Below are positions 10,140 to 18,964 of a stretch of DNA of 64,000 nucleotides, piece after piece. The DNA lies in the IMG/VR virus record IMGVR_UViG_3300035659_000004, positions 36,139 to 100,138 of that record. One strand, written 5' to 3'. Position numbers and translations under genes: made by a program. The notes below the pieces were generated by a model. That model had not been told where the DNA came from, ran no database searches, and saw only the letters and a list, made by a program, of their open reading frames with translations. Positions within the stretch are counted from its first letter, which is position 1; each line of letters begins with the position of its first letter. The DNA comes from a virus.

Positions 10140-11942
10140 ATGGCAGATAGGACTGACACATTCGGAAGATTGCTTGTAAATGACTTGTTGCCAGACGAGC
10201 ACAAGGTCACGGGACCTATATCGAAGAAATCTTTTTATAAGATGCTCGATACGATGTCGCGTGAGACTCCGGATGCGTATGTCCGCATAGTGCCCGAGTT
10301 AAAACGTCTCGGAGATTCACTTGCTACGACGGAGGGGCTCTCGGTTGGATTGGACGATATCACTCCCAACTATAAAGATAGGAATGAAACACTTGCTCCT
10401 TTTATTACGCGTTTCGATGCGGCTAAAACGGATAAGGCCCGGAGTCAAATAGCAGAAGAAGCGCATGGTAAGATGCAAGATGTGGCGATGCGCCATAAGG
10501 GAACGATGACGATGCAGGTACAGAGTGGGGCACGCGGTAACCCTACTCAGTACACCTCGATTGTGGCATCTCCAACTTCAGCACGAGACGGAAAAGGGAA
10601 TACGGAACCCTGGCTTATCCGACGGTCCCATAGCGAAGGGCTCTCTTCGGCGGATAACTGGGTCGCGGGAAATGAAGCCATTCTTAATACTATCAGTACA
10701 TACACAGCGGTATCTGAGCCGGGTGAATTGGCGAAGATTCTCGTGAGTAACATGAGCGACATCATAGTAACAGAGGATGATTGTGGAACTACTAATGGTG
10801 TGTTTATGACTGCTTTGTCTCCTTCTGTATTGGACCGTTATCTTGCGAAAGAAGTAGGTGGTTTTAAACATAACACGCTTATTACGTCACTCAATCAGTC
10901 CAAATTAGCAAAGATTTCTTCTACTATTCTCGTCCGATCTCCGATGACGTGTGAGGCAGGGGATGGTGTCTGCCAAAAGTGTCAGGGCCTAAATGAAAAG
11001 GGAAGCACGCATGATATCGGAACGAATGTTGGTGTACGCGCGGCCCAGGCAATGGCGGAACCTCTTACGCAATTCGCTCTCGGGGCCAAGCATGGGGCGC
11101 GAACAATTAAAGATGATCGTATCAAGGTGAAGGGGGTCCAAGGGTTTCGACAGATCATTGAATCCCCCCAGCAGTTTGTAAACAAGGCGACGTTGGCGCA
11201 GCTGAATGGAACTGTTGAGCGCATCACTCCGGCTCCACAAGGCGGCCATTACGTCGTGATTGGTGGACAACAACACTACGTAACTCCTAATCTCGCAGTC
11301 ACGGTAAAAGTTGGAACAGTCGTTCAGGCTGGAGACGCTGTAAGTCAAGGAATTCCCAAACCCGACGAAGTCGTACGACTGAAAGGTCTGGGAATAGGGC
11401 GTCAATATATTGTTGATACCTTGGCAGGTCTTTACAAGGACCAGGGTCGAGAATTAGATCAGCGGCATTTCGAGCTGCTCGCTAAGGGAGAGCTCAACTA
11501 CGTGCGCGTTCTCAAAGACCCAAGCCGTAATTTCGTTCCGGGGGACGTAGTTAGTTACAACGTCTTGAGGAGGGAACTGAAGAAGGGTACCAAGGTCATG
11601 CCCGTCGACGACGCCAACGGGGAGACTTTAGGTAAAGCTTATTTTCACTTTTATACAGGAACTCGTGTTACTCCCCAGATTCAGGCCTACCTGAAACAAC
11701 AGGGAGTAAAGGAAGTCATCATCGCTCCGCGTGCGCCTGAAGTAGAATTCATCATGAAAGCTGCGACCCGAGCCCCTCTTCTAAACCCCGATTGGATGGC
11801 TCGATTGTCGCATCGCAATTTGAAAAATACAATCATGCAAGCCACGCACTTTGGAGAATCTTCAGACATCCACGGAAGCCACCCTGTTCCTGCGTATATT
11901 ACGGGAGTAGAATTTGGGCAGGGTACCAAAGGAAAGTACTGA
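10140..11942 (+). CDS. Phage RNA polymerase beta' C-terminal half
   Basis: TFGR, GLSVGLDDI, SGARG, EDDCGT, VRSPMTC..GVCQKCQG, GVRAAQAMAEPLTQ..KH (trigger loop), RHFEL. Confidence 0.9.
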   Translation: MADRTDTFGRLLVNDLLPDEHKVTGPISKKSFYKMLDTMSRETPDAYVRIVPELKRLGDSLATTEGLSVGLDDITPNYKDRNETLAPFITRFDAAKTDKARSQIAEEAHGKMQDVAMRHKGTMTMQVQSGARGNPTQYTSIVASPTSARDGKGNTEPWLIRRSHSEGLSSADNWVAGNEAILNTISTYTAVSEPGELAKILVSNMSDIIVTEDDCGTTNGVFMTALSPSVLDRYLAKEVGGFKHNTLITSLNQSKLAKISSTILVRSPMTCEAGDGVCQKCQGLNEKGSTHDIGTNVGVRAAQAMAEPLTQFALGAKHGARTIKDDRIKVKGVQGFRQIIESPQQFVNKATLAQLNGTVERITPAPQGGHYVVIGGQQHYVTPNLAVTVKVGTVVQAGDAVSQGIPKPDEVVRLKGLGIGRQYIVDTLAGLYKDQGRELDQRHFELLAKGELNYVRVLKDPSRNFVPGDVVSYNVLRRELKKGTKVMPVDDANGETLGKAYFHFYTGTRVTPQIQAYLKQQGVKEVIIAPRAPEVEFIMKAATRAPLLNPDWMARLSHRNLKNTIMQATHFGESSDIHGSHPVPAYITGVEFGQGTKGKY

Positions 11943-11945
11943 AAC

Positions 11946-12434
11946 ATGTTTCAGCAGGGATATAGCGAAGCATTAATGCATCTTGGATTTGAAAAAAATG
12001 CAGCCGGGTGGTGGGCTGCGAAAGCGGTACCTAAGTTAAAAGAGATAGGACAATCCGCTCTGACAAATTTTATAGGACAACCTAAACAGTTTGGGCGCGA
12101 ATTGCGATCAGGTACCGCTTTCGGGTCAGGCGGTTTGATACGGGAAGGTTTTAAAGCTCCTGGAATTATTCAAAAAGGTCTTATGTATGGGTTTCCCGCA
12201 GTTTCTGCTATACAAACTATTCGAAGCAACGACCCTGATAAGGGGGGTGCATTAGGTGGACTCATTGGTGGAACACTCGCAAGCTCCGCGGCGTTTGGGC
12301 CACTTGGAATGCTCGGAGCGATGCCTGCTGGATATCTAGGAGAGGTAGCAGGTAAGCGTTTAGTGCATGGAGCAAAAAATATTTTAGGTATTGGGAATCA
12401 GACTGCTCCAAGATATACTTCTTTGCAGCAGTAA
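11946..12434 (+). CDS. Putative internal virion protein, Gly-zipper, GYxxAL leader
   Basis: MFQQGYSEALMHLGFEKNA; GxxxG-rich hydrophobic segments. Confidence 0.55.
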   Translation: MFQQGYSEALMHLGFEKNAAGWWAAKAVPKLKEIGQSALTNFIGQPKQFGRELRSGTAFGSGGLIREGFKAPGIIQKGLMYGFPAVSAIQTIRSNDPDKGGALGGLIGGTLASSAAFGPLGMLGAMPAGYLGEVAGKRLVHGAKNILGIGNQTAPRYTSLQQ

Positions 12435-12484
12435 GGAAACAAGCCGCGGCACAATTACCCGGCTAAGAACGTAAGGAAGGTCAA

Positions 12485-12976
12485 ATGAACGCAGAACTCG
12501 TGAAGCAAGCGTATGCCTACGGTGCCGCAGTTGCGCTACAGGAACTTGGTTTCAACCCACAGCAAGCTCAGAATGGGGGAGTGAAGTTGGCGGAAGCCAA
12601 GCTCGCCGAGGGGGAAGAAGAAGGTGGAATGCATCCAGCTTTGGCCGCTCTCCTTGGCGGTGGCGCGGGTGCTCTCGGCGGTGCGGCTTTGGGTGCTGGC
12701 AGTGCGTTCATTCCTGGTTTACGCGGCGGAAGAGGTTTGAATAAACTGTTGGGGCGTCCAATGTCCGCGGCACAAGGCGGCGGTATTATGGCTGGAAAGG
12801 TCACACCCGACGCTCTGTTCAAAAACAAATTCGTGCGCAAGCATTTGATGAACCAAGGTGAAGCGGCGGCTGACTTCCTGCCAAAACTGCAGGATGCATA
12901 TCTTCGTGGAATGGGTGGCGCAGGCGTAGGCGCTCTCGGTGGAGGCCTTGCTGGCGGCCTAATGGCGGGTGAGTGA
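12485..12976 (+). CDS. Putative internal virion protein, Gly-zipper
   Basis: SD upstream; KQAYAYGAAVALQELG; GGGAGALGGAALG. Confidence 0.55.
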   Translation: MNAELVKQAYAYGAAVALQELGFNPQQAQNGGVKLAEAKLAEGEEEGGMHPALAALLGGGAGALGGAALGAGSAFIPGLRGGRGLNKLLGRPMSAAQGGGIMAGKVTPDALFKNKFVRKHLMNQGEAAADFLPKLQDAYLRGMGGAGVGALGGGLAGGLMAGE

Positions 12977-12996
12977 TTTAACAAGGAGTAACTAAA

Positions 12997-13860
12997 ATGG
13001 GTCTGTTAAAGCAAGCACACGTCCGTGGCATCAACCACGCCCTCATTGCGAATGGTATCTTGGAATTCCCCAATGCCAAAATCGCTGAAGACGTTGCCGA
13101 TGAGGTTGCGGACAACTATCCCGAGGAAGAAATCCCCGAAGAGACTCCTGAAGATGGACTCTCTGAGGAGCAAGCCTCGGACATCATCAACCAGCTCGCC
13201 GAAGTCGCCGCGGCTATTACCGAGAAGACCGGTGGAGCTCGTGACCGCGGCGTGAACAAGATTGCGGCTGAAGTCTCTCTTCAGGATGCAGCCTTTGCGC
13301 ATGCCCAGTTCTTGGTGAAGCGAGCCATGGAAGAGGGCACCACCAACCCCGGTGAAGGCGCGGTCGTTCCCGAGCTCACGGGTGCTGAGGCTCAGGTCGA
13401 TGCGGTGAACAATCCGTCATCGGCAGTGGTCGTTCCGCAGGGTTCGTCTGCTATCGACACGACCCCTGGCATCGTTGGTCACGCTGAGCCCGCAGCTCAG
13501 CAGCCCGGCGCGAGCGCATCGCCAGCTCCGGATTCCATGGCCGACGTCAAGGCTGCATCCGAAATCATCCGCATCTTGAAGAAGCTGTCGGAAGATGGAA
13601 CACTGCCTTCTGAAGGCGGTCGGATGGACCTGAATACGAATTCCGCGATTTCGACTCCGGTCGTCGCGCAGGGCACAACCAATGCCCCGACCCCGACGGA
13701 GCCCATCCCACAAAAGCCGCATCCCGCAACCGCCGAAGCCGGTCTCAATACGGCTGGTAGCGCTCCCGCGGATGTCTCCAAGGTGGCGGCGTTTTTGCAG
13801 ACCCCCGAAGGCGCGGCATTTTACCGCAAATTCCAAACTGCAAACATCCTAAATCGCTAA
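12997..13860 (+). CDS. Acidic, K-x-A-rich putative head/core protein
   Basis: AGGAG SD; KIA, KRA, KAA, KVA motifs separating low-complexity blocks. Confidence 0.55.
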   Translation: MGLLKQAHVRGINHALIANGILEFPNAKIAEDVADEVADNYPEEEIPEETPEDGLSEEQASDIINQLAEVAAAITEKTGGARDRGVNKIAAEVSLQDAAFAHAQFLVKRAMEEGTTNPGEGAVVPELTGAEAQVDAVNNPSSAVVVPQGSSAIDTTPGIVGHAEPAAQQPGASASPAPDSMADVKAASEIIRILKKLSEDGTLPSEGGRMDLNTNSAISTPVVAQGTTNAPTPTEPIPQKPHPATAEAGLNTAGSAPADVSKVAAFLQTPEGAAFYRKFQTANILNR

Positions 13861-13944
13861 GTTACCACGGCTTCGCTTTCCTCTGTCCTAATTACGTCGT
13901 ACAATTAAACGTTAACGTCTCGTCGACAAGGGAGTATTGCACCT

Positions 13945-16461
13945 ATGCCTACAATGTCCATGTCTCCGGAAGTTCAAGCGTATGGCCAAATGCCGTCGAA
14001 CGAACAAGCCGCGGAGATGTTCAAACAAAGATTTTCGGAGATGGCCTATAACGTAATGATGGCGAAGTTCCCGGAGCTCGCCGCACAGGTGGTGACGTTT
14101 AAGCTCATCGAAACGGACGCCGAGAGTGGCAAGGGCGTAGGCGCTTTTGTTTTGCTCATGGAAGACAAGACCATCTACATCCCTGTTGTGATGGTGGATA
14201 GTCAACTCAAACCTTTCGACATGTTCTATTTCAAGGACCTCAATATCTTCCTGCCTCTTTCCAATGAGTGGCTGGATGAGGTATCGAAGTCCGCGCTGTC
14301 TAACTTAGGCGAGCCGGCCAAGTTGCCACAAGGTGTTGCGCGGGATATGAGTATTCGCGATCTCGTAATCCCGCCCGTTATGCCCGAAGGACGTATAGGT
14401 GTCGCTTCCGATCTGTCTGAAATGTTCAAGGAGGCATCTTATAATCCCAAGCCGCGGTTTCTAGAGTTCGTAAAAAATGCGTCACATGTTGTGCTCGACG
14501 GATTAAAGTTAGCCTTTGAACGCAATCCAAGTTTTGGGCAAAAGGTGGCACGGTATTACGGGAAGAAAGCTTTGATAGAAGCTTTCCAAACGGGATACGC
14601 ACAGACGGTCAAGGTTGCGGAAGAGAAACGCACGTATATGGTTGGCGTTTATACGTCGAGTACTTTTTACGATGCAGTTCCTATGCTGAAAAAGAACTGT
14701 GGTACAAAAATTGCTTCAGACCTTTTTAAGACGATTGCGACCGACGGGTTCGCCGCGGTGGATACGCGCCCGGTCGTAAAGAATACCATCGTCAAGGTGG
14801 AATCCCCCATCGAGCTCACCCCGGCTACCTCCACGGGTTTTTACCATCTGTACTTCCCGGACAAAGCCAAGCAGCTCTGTCTGGTTTCCAAAGCGGTGGT
14901 AGGCGATGACTACGTGGTCATCTACGCCGACGGGAGCAAGGCTTGGACAGTTTACGGTGCAGATGCGAAGACACTGTTGGGAGAACCCGAACATGACGAT
15001 AAAGTTGTAAAGGCTACGGCGGTTTACAAAGCTCTCGAAGGACGCACCCAGAATAAGCCCACCACAGGGAAGTACAACGTTCCGTTGTACGTTTCGAGCA
15101 AGGGCAAACTTCAAATCGGTGCGCCGAAATTCATCACGAAGATGACCGAAGATGGTGGGACGACTTCATTTGATGGAGGCGTTATCGATTCGGATGACAC
15201 GCGCGGTCGCATCATGTCTTCTTCGAGCGGCTCTGGCAATAGTCCGTGCACCTGCGGTTGCCCAACTCTCTACTATCCGAAGAGCACATCCTGGTTTTCG
15301 GTACCGGACCCTTGGGAATCAAAGAAAGAGCCTATCACGGACCCAAGCATCATCACGCGTTGGCTCGACCAATACATCGCGGACAAGACCGATGCTGCTC
15401 CTATCAACGTGAAGAGCGCTGGCCTGGCTCAGTGGTGGGTCGAAGGCGTTCCCACGGCGTCTTATTTGGATGTGGCTATCACGAAGGTGGCCAAGGCTTA
15501 TGACCTTTCGCTAACAGATTCTGCGAACGTCCTGCACGATGCCGCGAAAAATGGTACGTGTCGTCTTCGCTTGGTGAAAAGAGCTCAGGGCGAACAGATG
15601 ATGCAGCAAGAGGCTCCTCCTCAGCAGAGCATGGACCCGGCGATGATGCAACAGCAGCAGGGCATGGACCCGGCGATGATGCAACAGGGCATGGACCCGG
15701 CGATGATGCAGCAGCAGGGCATGGACCCGTCGATGATGGGAATGGGGATGCCTATGCAGCCTCCTCAATTATCCCCGACGGATTTGGCGATTGCTGAAAC
15801 GGTACAAGGTCTGCAGCAAGAGAATCAGGTGCGGATGCAGCAGATTCAAGACCAAATGGCGCAGCAGCAACAGGCTATGCAGCAGGAGACAGAGTCTAAC
15901 GAGAAACTCATCGCTATCCTGACGCAAATTCAACAACGTGCAAATGCTATTGGACAGGCAACAGGTGGGATGGTTCCGCCACAGGCGATGGCTTCTCCGC
16001 TAGCTGCTGGGCAGATGCTCGCACCGACACCCCCGCCGCAACCCGAACCTCCTCCGATGCCCGTGATGCAGGAAGAGGGGCCAGCCTCCGCGGAGATGGT
16101 AGCTTCTCAAATTCATCCCGAGCTCGCGGAGCAGGCTGCTGATTTTCAGGACGCGGGGATGTTCGATACCTCGGTGCTGGCAGTCATGGCTGCGGCGCCC
16201 CTTCTTCGGGACATCGTCAGCACGTACATCCCGAACCTCGAGAAAGCTCTCGACAACATCGGGCGTATTCAGTTGACATTGTGGATGCGGGAGGCTGAAA
16301 CGAAAGCGGCTATCGGGAATGATGCGTACGTGCTGCTCGAGGACAAGCTGCGCAACGTGTTCAAAAATCTAGGAGAAATCGTGCTGCAAGTGAATCGCAA
16401 CGCCCTTGATACCGAAGCGGGCGCGATGCAATCACAGAGGATGTTGGGCGACCAACAATAA
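13945..16461 (+). CDS. Large putative virion protein with Q/M/P-rich repeats
   Basis: 838 aa; several K-x-A motifs; MDPAMMQQ repeats. Confidence 0.6.
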   Translation: MPTMSMSPEVQAYGQMPSNEQAAEMFKQRFSEMAYNVMMAKFPELAAQVVTFKLIETDAESGKGVGAFVLLMEDKTIYIPVVMVDSQLKPFDMFYFKDLNIFLPLSNEWLDEVSKSALSNLGEPAKLPQGVARDMSIRDLVIPPVMPEGRIGVASDLSEMFKEASYNPKPRFLEFVKNASHVVLDGLKLAFERNPSFGQKVARYYGKKALIEAFQTGYAQTVKVAEEKRTYMVGVYTSSTFYDAVPMLKKNCGTKIASDLFKTIATDGFAAVDTRPVVKNTIVKVESPIELTPATSTGFYHLYFPDKAKQLCLVSKAVVGDDYVVIYADGSKAWTVYGADAKTLLGEPEHDDKVVKATAVYKALEGRTQNKPTTGKYNVPLYVSSKGKLQIGAPKFITKMTEDGGTTSFDGGVIDSDDTRGRIMSSSSGSGNSPCTCGCPTLYYPKSTSWFSVPDPWESKKEPITDPSIITRWLDQYIADKTDAAPINVKSAGLAQWWVEGVPTASYLDVAITKVAKAYDLSLTDSANVLHDAAKNGTCRLRLVKRAQGEQMMQQEAPPQQSMDPAMMQQQQGMDPAMMQQGMDPAMMQQQGMDPSMMGMGMPMQPPQLSPTDLAIAETVQGLQQENQVRMQQIQDQMAQQQQAMQQETESNEKLIAILTQIQQRANAIGQATGGMVPPQAMASPLAAGQMLAPTPPPQPEPPPMPVMQEEGPASAEMVASQIHPELAEQAADFQDAGMFDTSVLAVMAAAPLLRDIVSTYIPNLEKALDNIGRIQLTLWMREAETKAAIGNDAYVLLEDKLRNVFKNLGEIVLQVNRNALDTEAGAMQSQRMLGDQQ
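15631..15740 (+). repeat. Coding tandem repeat (G)MDPAMMQQ(QQ), four copies
   Basis: ATGGACCCGGCGATGATGCA repeated with variable Gln-codon tracts. Confidence 0.85.
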
Positions 16462-16466
16462 CTAAA

Positions 16467-17171
16467 ATGTTGGCTCCAATACAGCCCTATTGGCGATGGT
16501 CAAACCTTACGTACGGCATCCAACATAGGACACCTCCTGCGGACCCTTGGCTGGAGCAGCTTTACGATTTGTACCTAGGGAATATAGAAGGGACTGAGTT
16601 TCAACAGGTCGTAGTAAGTCATGTTTTTTCGGAGTTCAAGCGCGACGTTATCATGGCCTATTTTTTCGCAAGGTGTTCCGCTAAGGATATCGAAGAGAGT
16701 CTCGAGCTAGCGCCCGAGATAATCGAAGGTATCGCGCGTCTTTTTTTCGACCGAACAAAGATTCGTACGAAACTCGACCACATTGAATACGCTCGAGAGT
16801 ACATGGAGAGGTTCGCTTGTCCTGAAGGCAAGAATCTCATTTACCTGGGGATGACAGGTGGACCTCTGACGCTGAAGAACAAATTTTGTCTGGGTTATGA
16901 GATGCCCGCAATAGACCAGGACTTCGTTAATCATCGTATGTATCTCACGGCAGTTTCATTTGGGCTAATGGCCAGAGGTAACGCCTTGACTTCGCGTGAA
17001 GGAAAAGAAGCATTGCACTGGTTCCAGCAAGCTTCGGATATGTCGACTACGTATAGGAAGCTTCAACAAGGCGAGGATGATTCTCAAGATGCCATCGTGG
17101 CAATTGAGCAACGTAAGTTTTTGCATAAACCCGAAGCGGTTGGAATAAACCGTAACGACATTCTTCACTGA
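16467..17171 (+). CDS. Hypothetical protein
   Basis: 234 aa ORF within the operon. Confidence 0.6.
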   Translation: MLAPIQPYWRWSNLTYGIQHRTPPADPWLEQLYDLYLGNIEGTEFQQVVVSHVFSEFKRDVIMAYFFARCSAKDIEESLELAPEIIEGIARLFFDRTKIRTKLDHIEYAREYMERFACPEGKNLIYLGMTGGPLTLKNKFCLGYEMPAIDQDFVNHRMYLTAVSFGLMARGNALTSREGKEALHWFQQASDMSTTYRKLQQGEDDSQDAIVAIEQRKFLHKPEAVGINRNDILH

Positions 17172-17186
17172 CAAGGAGTCGGCCTA

Positions 17187-18044
17187 ATGTGGATGCGTAA
17201 CGACTACGAAAAAGCAGCGGATACAATCGCCAAAGAGTTTGCAGCTGGCAACGGCGCGGTGACCATCAACCAGCTTTCCACGAAGATTGCGACCGACGCC
17301 GGTTTGAATCCAGATGGAATTCGAACCCTCGTGCGCCTGGCCAACGTCAACGCTTTCAACGAGCTCTTCGCAAAGCAGGCCGGTAAAGAAGACCGGATGT
17401 TTGAATTTGAGACCGGGGACCCTGAGCTCATAATCTCGGCCCTGCATTCCAACGCGAAGCTTGCACATGTGAGTTCTTTCCCCGTCCAATTGGATAACCA
17501 CGATATGCTCGCGGATTACTTCGGCGGATTTTCAACGAAGGTTGCCGAGGAGATTGAGAATCTCGAAGACAACGAATCGACGGGTGGGTCCGAGTGCGAC
17601 GAGGAGTGCCAGGCCCCAGTGTTGAATAAGGCCGAAGTCACCAATCTTTATAACCGCGCCAAAGGTAAGGTTTCAGAAGAAAAGAAAGCCTCGGAAATCC
17701 GTTGGGGATTGGCCCTCGAGAAAGCTGCACGTGTGACGCGCGAAGTCGCAGGTCGAAATGTGCATTTCGATAAGACAGCTTTTTACCGTGACTTAGTATC
17801 GGCCAGCAACGGAACTTGCTTGGACGATATCAAAGGTCTGCACGCTTTCCTGACCCGAGAAGAAGACGTGGATGTTCTTGGTGGGATGAAGGTCGCAGAG
17901 GTTGTTGATACGATTGCGCCTACTCTGCGAGGTCAGACCGCGGAGATTCTCAGTTACCTAGAAGAAGCGCGGGAAGCACGCTACAATTGGGACAAGTGCG
18001 CTAGCGCTGAGAGGTTCCTAAATGGGATGGAAGTCAGTCGCTGA
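17187..18044 (+). CDS. Putative head protein, K-x-A-rich
   Basis: AGGAG SD; 285 aa; KIA, KLA, KVA, KAA. Confidence 0.55.
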   Translation: MWMRNDYEKAADTIAKEFAAGNGAVTINQLSTKIATDAGLNPDGIRTLVRLANVNAFNELFAKQAGKEDRMFEFETGDPELIISALHSNAKLAHVSSFPVQLDNHDMLADYFGGFSTKVAEEIENLEDNESTGGSECDEECQAPVLNKAEVTNLYNRAKGKVSEEKKASEIRWGLALEKAARVTREVAGRNVHFDKTAFYRDLVSASNGTCLDDIKGLHAFLTREEDVDVLGGMKVAEVVDTIAPTLRGQTAEILSYLEEAREARYNWDKCASAERFLNGMEVSR

Positions 18045-18729
18045 AAAAGTATTTGTAGACCCGGGTCCAGCGCTGAAACGTTTTATTGAAAAGGTTCAGC
18101 GTAACCCTGTTAAGTCTACATTAGCTGTTGGCACTACAGCTGCTGCCGCAAACTCGTTTGGCCCCAAGGCCATGGAACAGGAGAGTGAGTTCATGAAGAA
18201 TCGTCTTGGGTCACCCGACGCCAAGTTTGTGTATGCGTCTGAAAAGGTCGCGGCAATACTAGAAGACCTGTACGTGAAAGAAGCGGCAGGAACTCCCACG
18301 GCGTCTAATCCTTCTGCGTGGAGTAGCGCTTGGACTAAAGGTGTTGAAAGCATAGGGTCAGGAGTTGGACAAGGAGTGGGCGCCGCAGGTGTCCTGGTTT
18401 TGACGGACATCCTTCGAAAAGCAGGACGTGGATTATCTCAAAAACTTCTATATGATTCGAAACGAAAAGAAATGCTTCGAAAGATTTTGTCTCTGGACCC
18501 CATTGTCAGTGCCTTCGAAGCTCAAAATCCAGGGTTGATGCTTAAGGTTTATGCCTCGATGGTTTCAGTTGCTCCTACCTTGAGTCTCGACCAGAATGCC
18601 GTGACTTCTTTCCTGCGTGAAGCGGCTCAAACGCATGGCGCTCTGAATTACATGACGATCAAACAACTGGCTGAAACTGAAAAAGCAATAACAAGTGCTA
18701 AGGGGGACGAGCGTCCTCTAGGATTCTGA
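18022..18729 (+). CDS. Putative virion protein
   Basis: 235 aa; KVA, KEA; Gly-rich hydrophobic segment. Confidence 0.55.
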   Translation: MGWKSVAEKVFVDPGPALKRFIEKVQRNPVKSTLAVGTTAAAANSFGPKAMEQESEFMKNRLGSPDAKFVYASEKVAAILEDLYVKEAAGTPTASNPSAWSSAWTKGVESIGSGVGQGVGAAGVLVLTDILRKAGRGLSQKLLYDSKRKEMLRKILSLDPIVSAFEAQNPGLMLKVYASMVSVAPTLSLDQNAVTSFLREAAQTHGALNYMTIKQLAETEKAITSAKGDERPLGF

Positions 18730-18738
18730 GGTGTATAC

Positions 18739-18957
18739 ATGACATTTGAAGAATTGAGTCAAATGATTCCTGATTCCGTGAAGCTCGCGATGCGCAATGG
18801 ACAGTTCCATAAAGTCGCAGCTGTGATGAATGGCTGGAAGACTACGGAGCTCCCCGAGATTCTCGAGAGCTTTGGGACGAAAGTGGCTAACCGACAAGAG
18901 AAGTACCGCGTCATTACGGACGGATTGTCGGCGCTCGAGAATCTGAAGAAGGGTTGA
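18739..18957 (+). CDS. Small hypothetical protein
   Basis: GAGGT SD; 72 aa; KLA, KVA. Confidence 0.55.
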   Translation: MTFEELSQMIPDSVKLAMRNGQFHKVAAVMNGWKTTELPEILESFGTKVANRQEKYRVITDGLSALENLKKG

Positions 18958-18964
18958 AACTTCG

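Noticed and set aside
3307-11942. Cellular rpoBC operon
   Set aside because: Highly divergent, flanked by portal and capsid genes, and no ribosomal protein genes nearby
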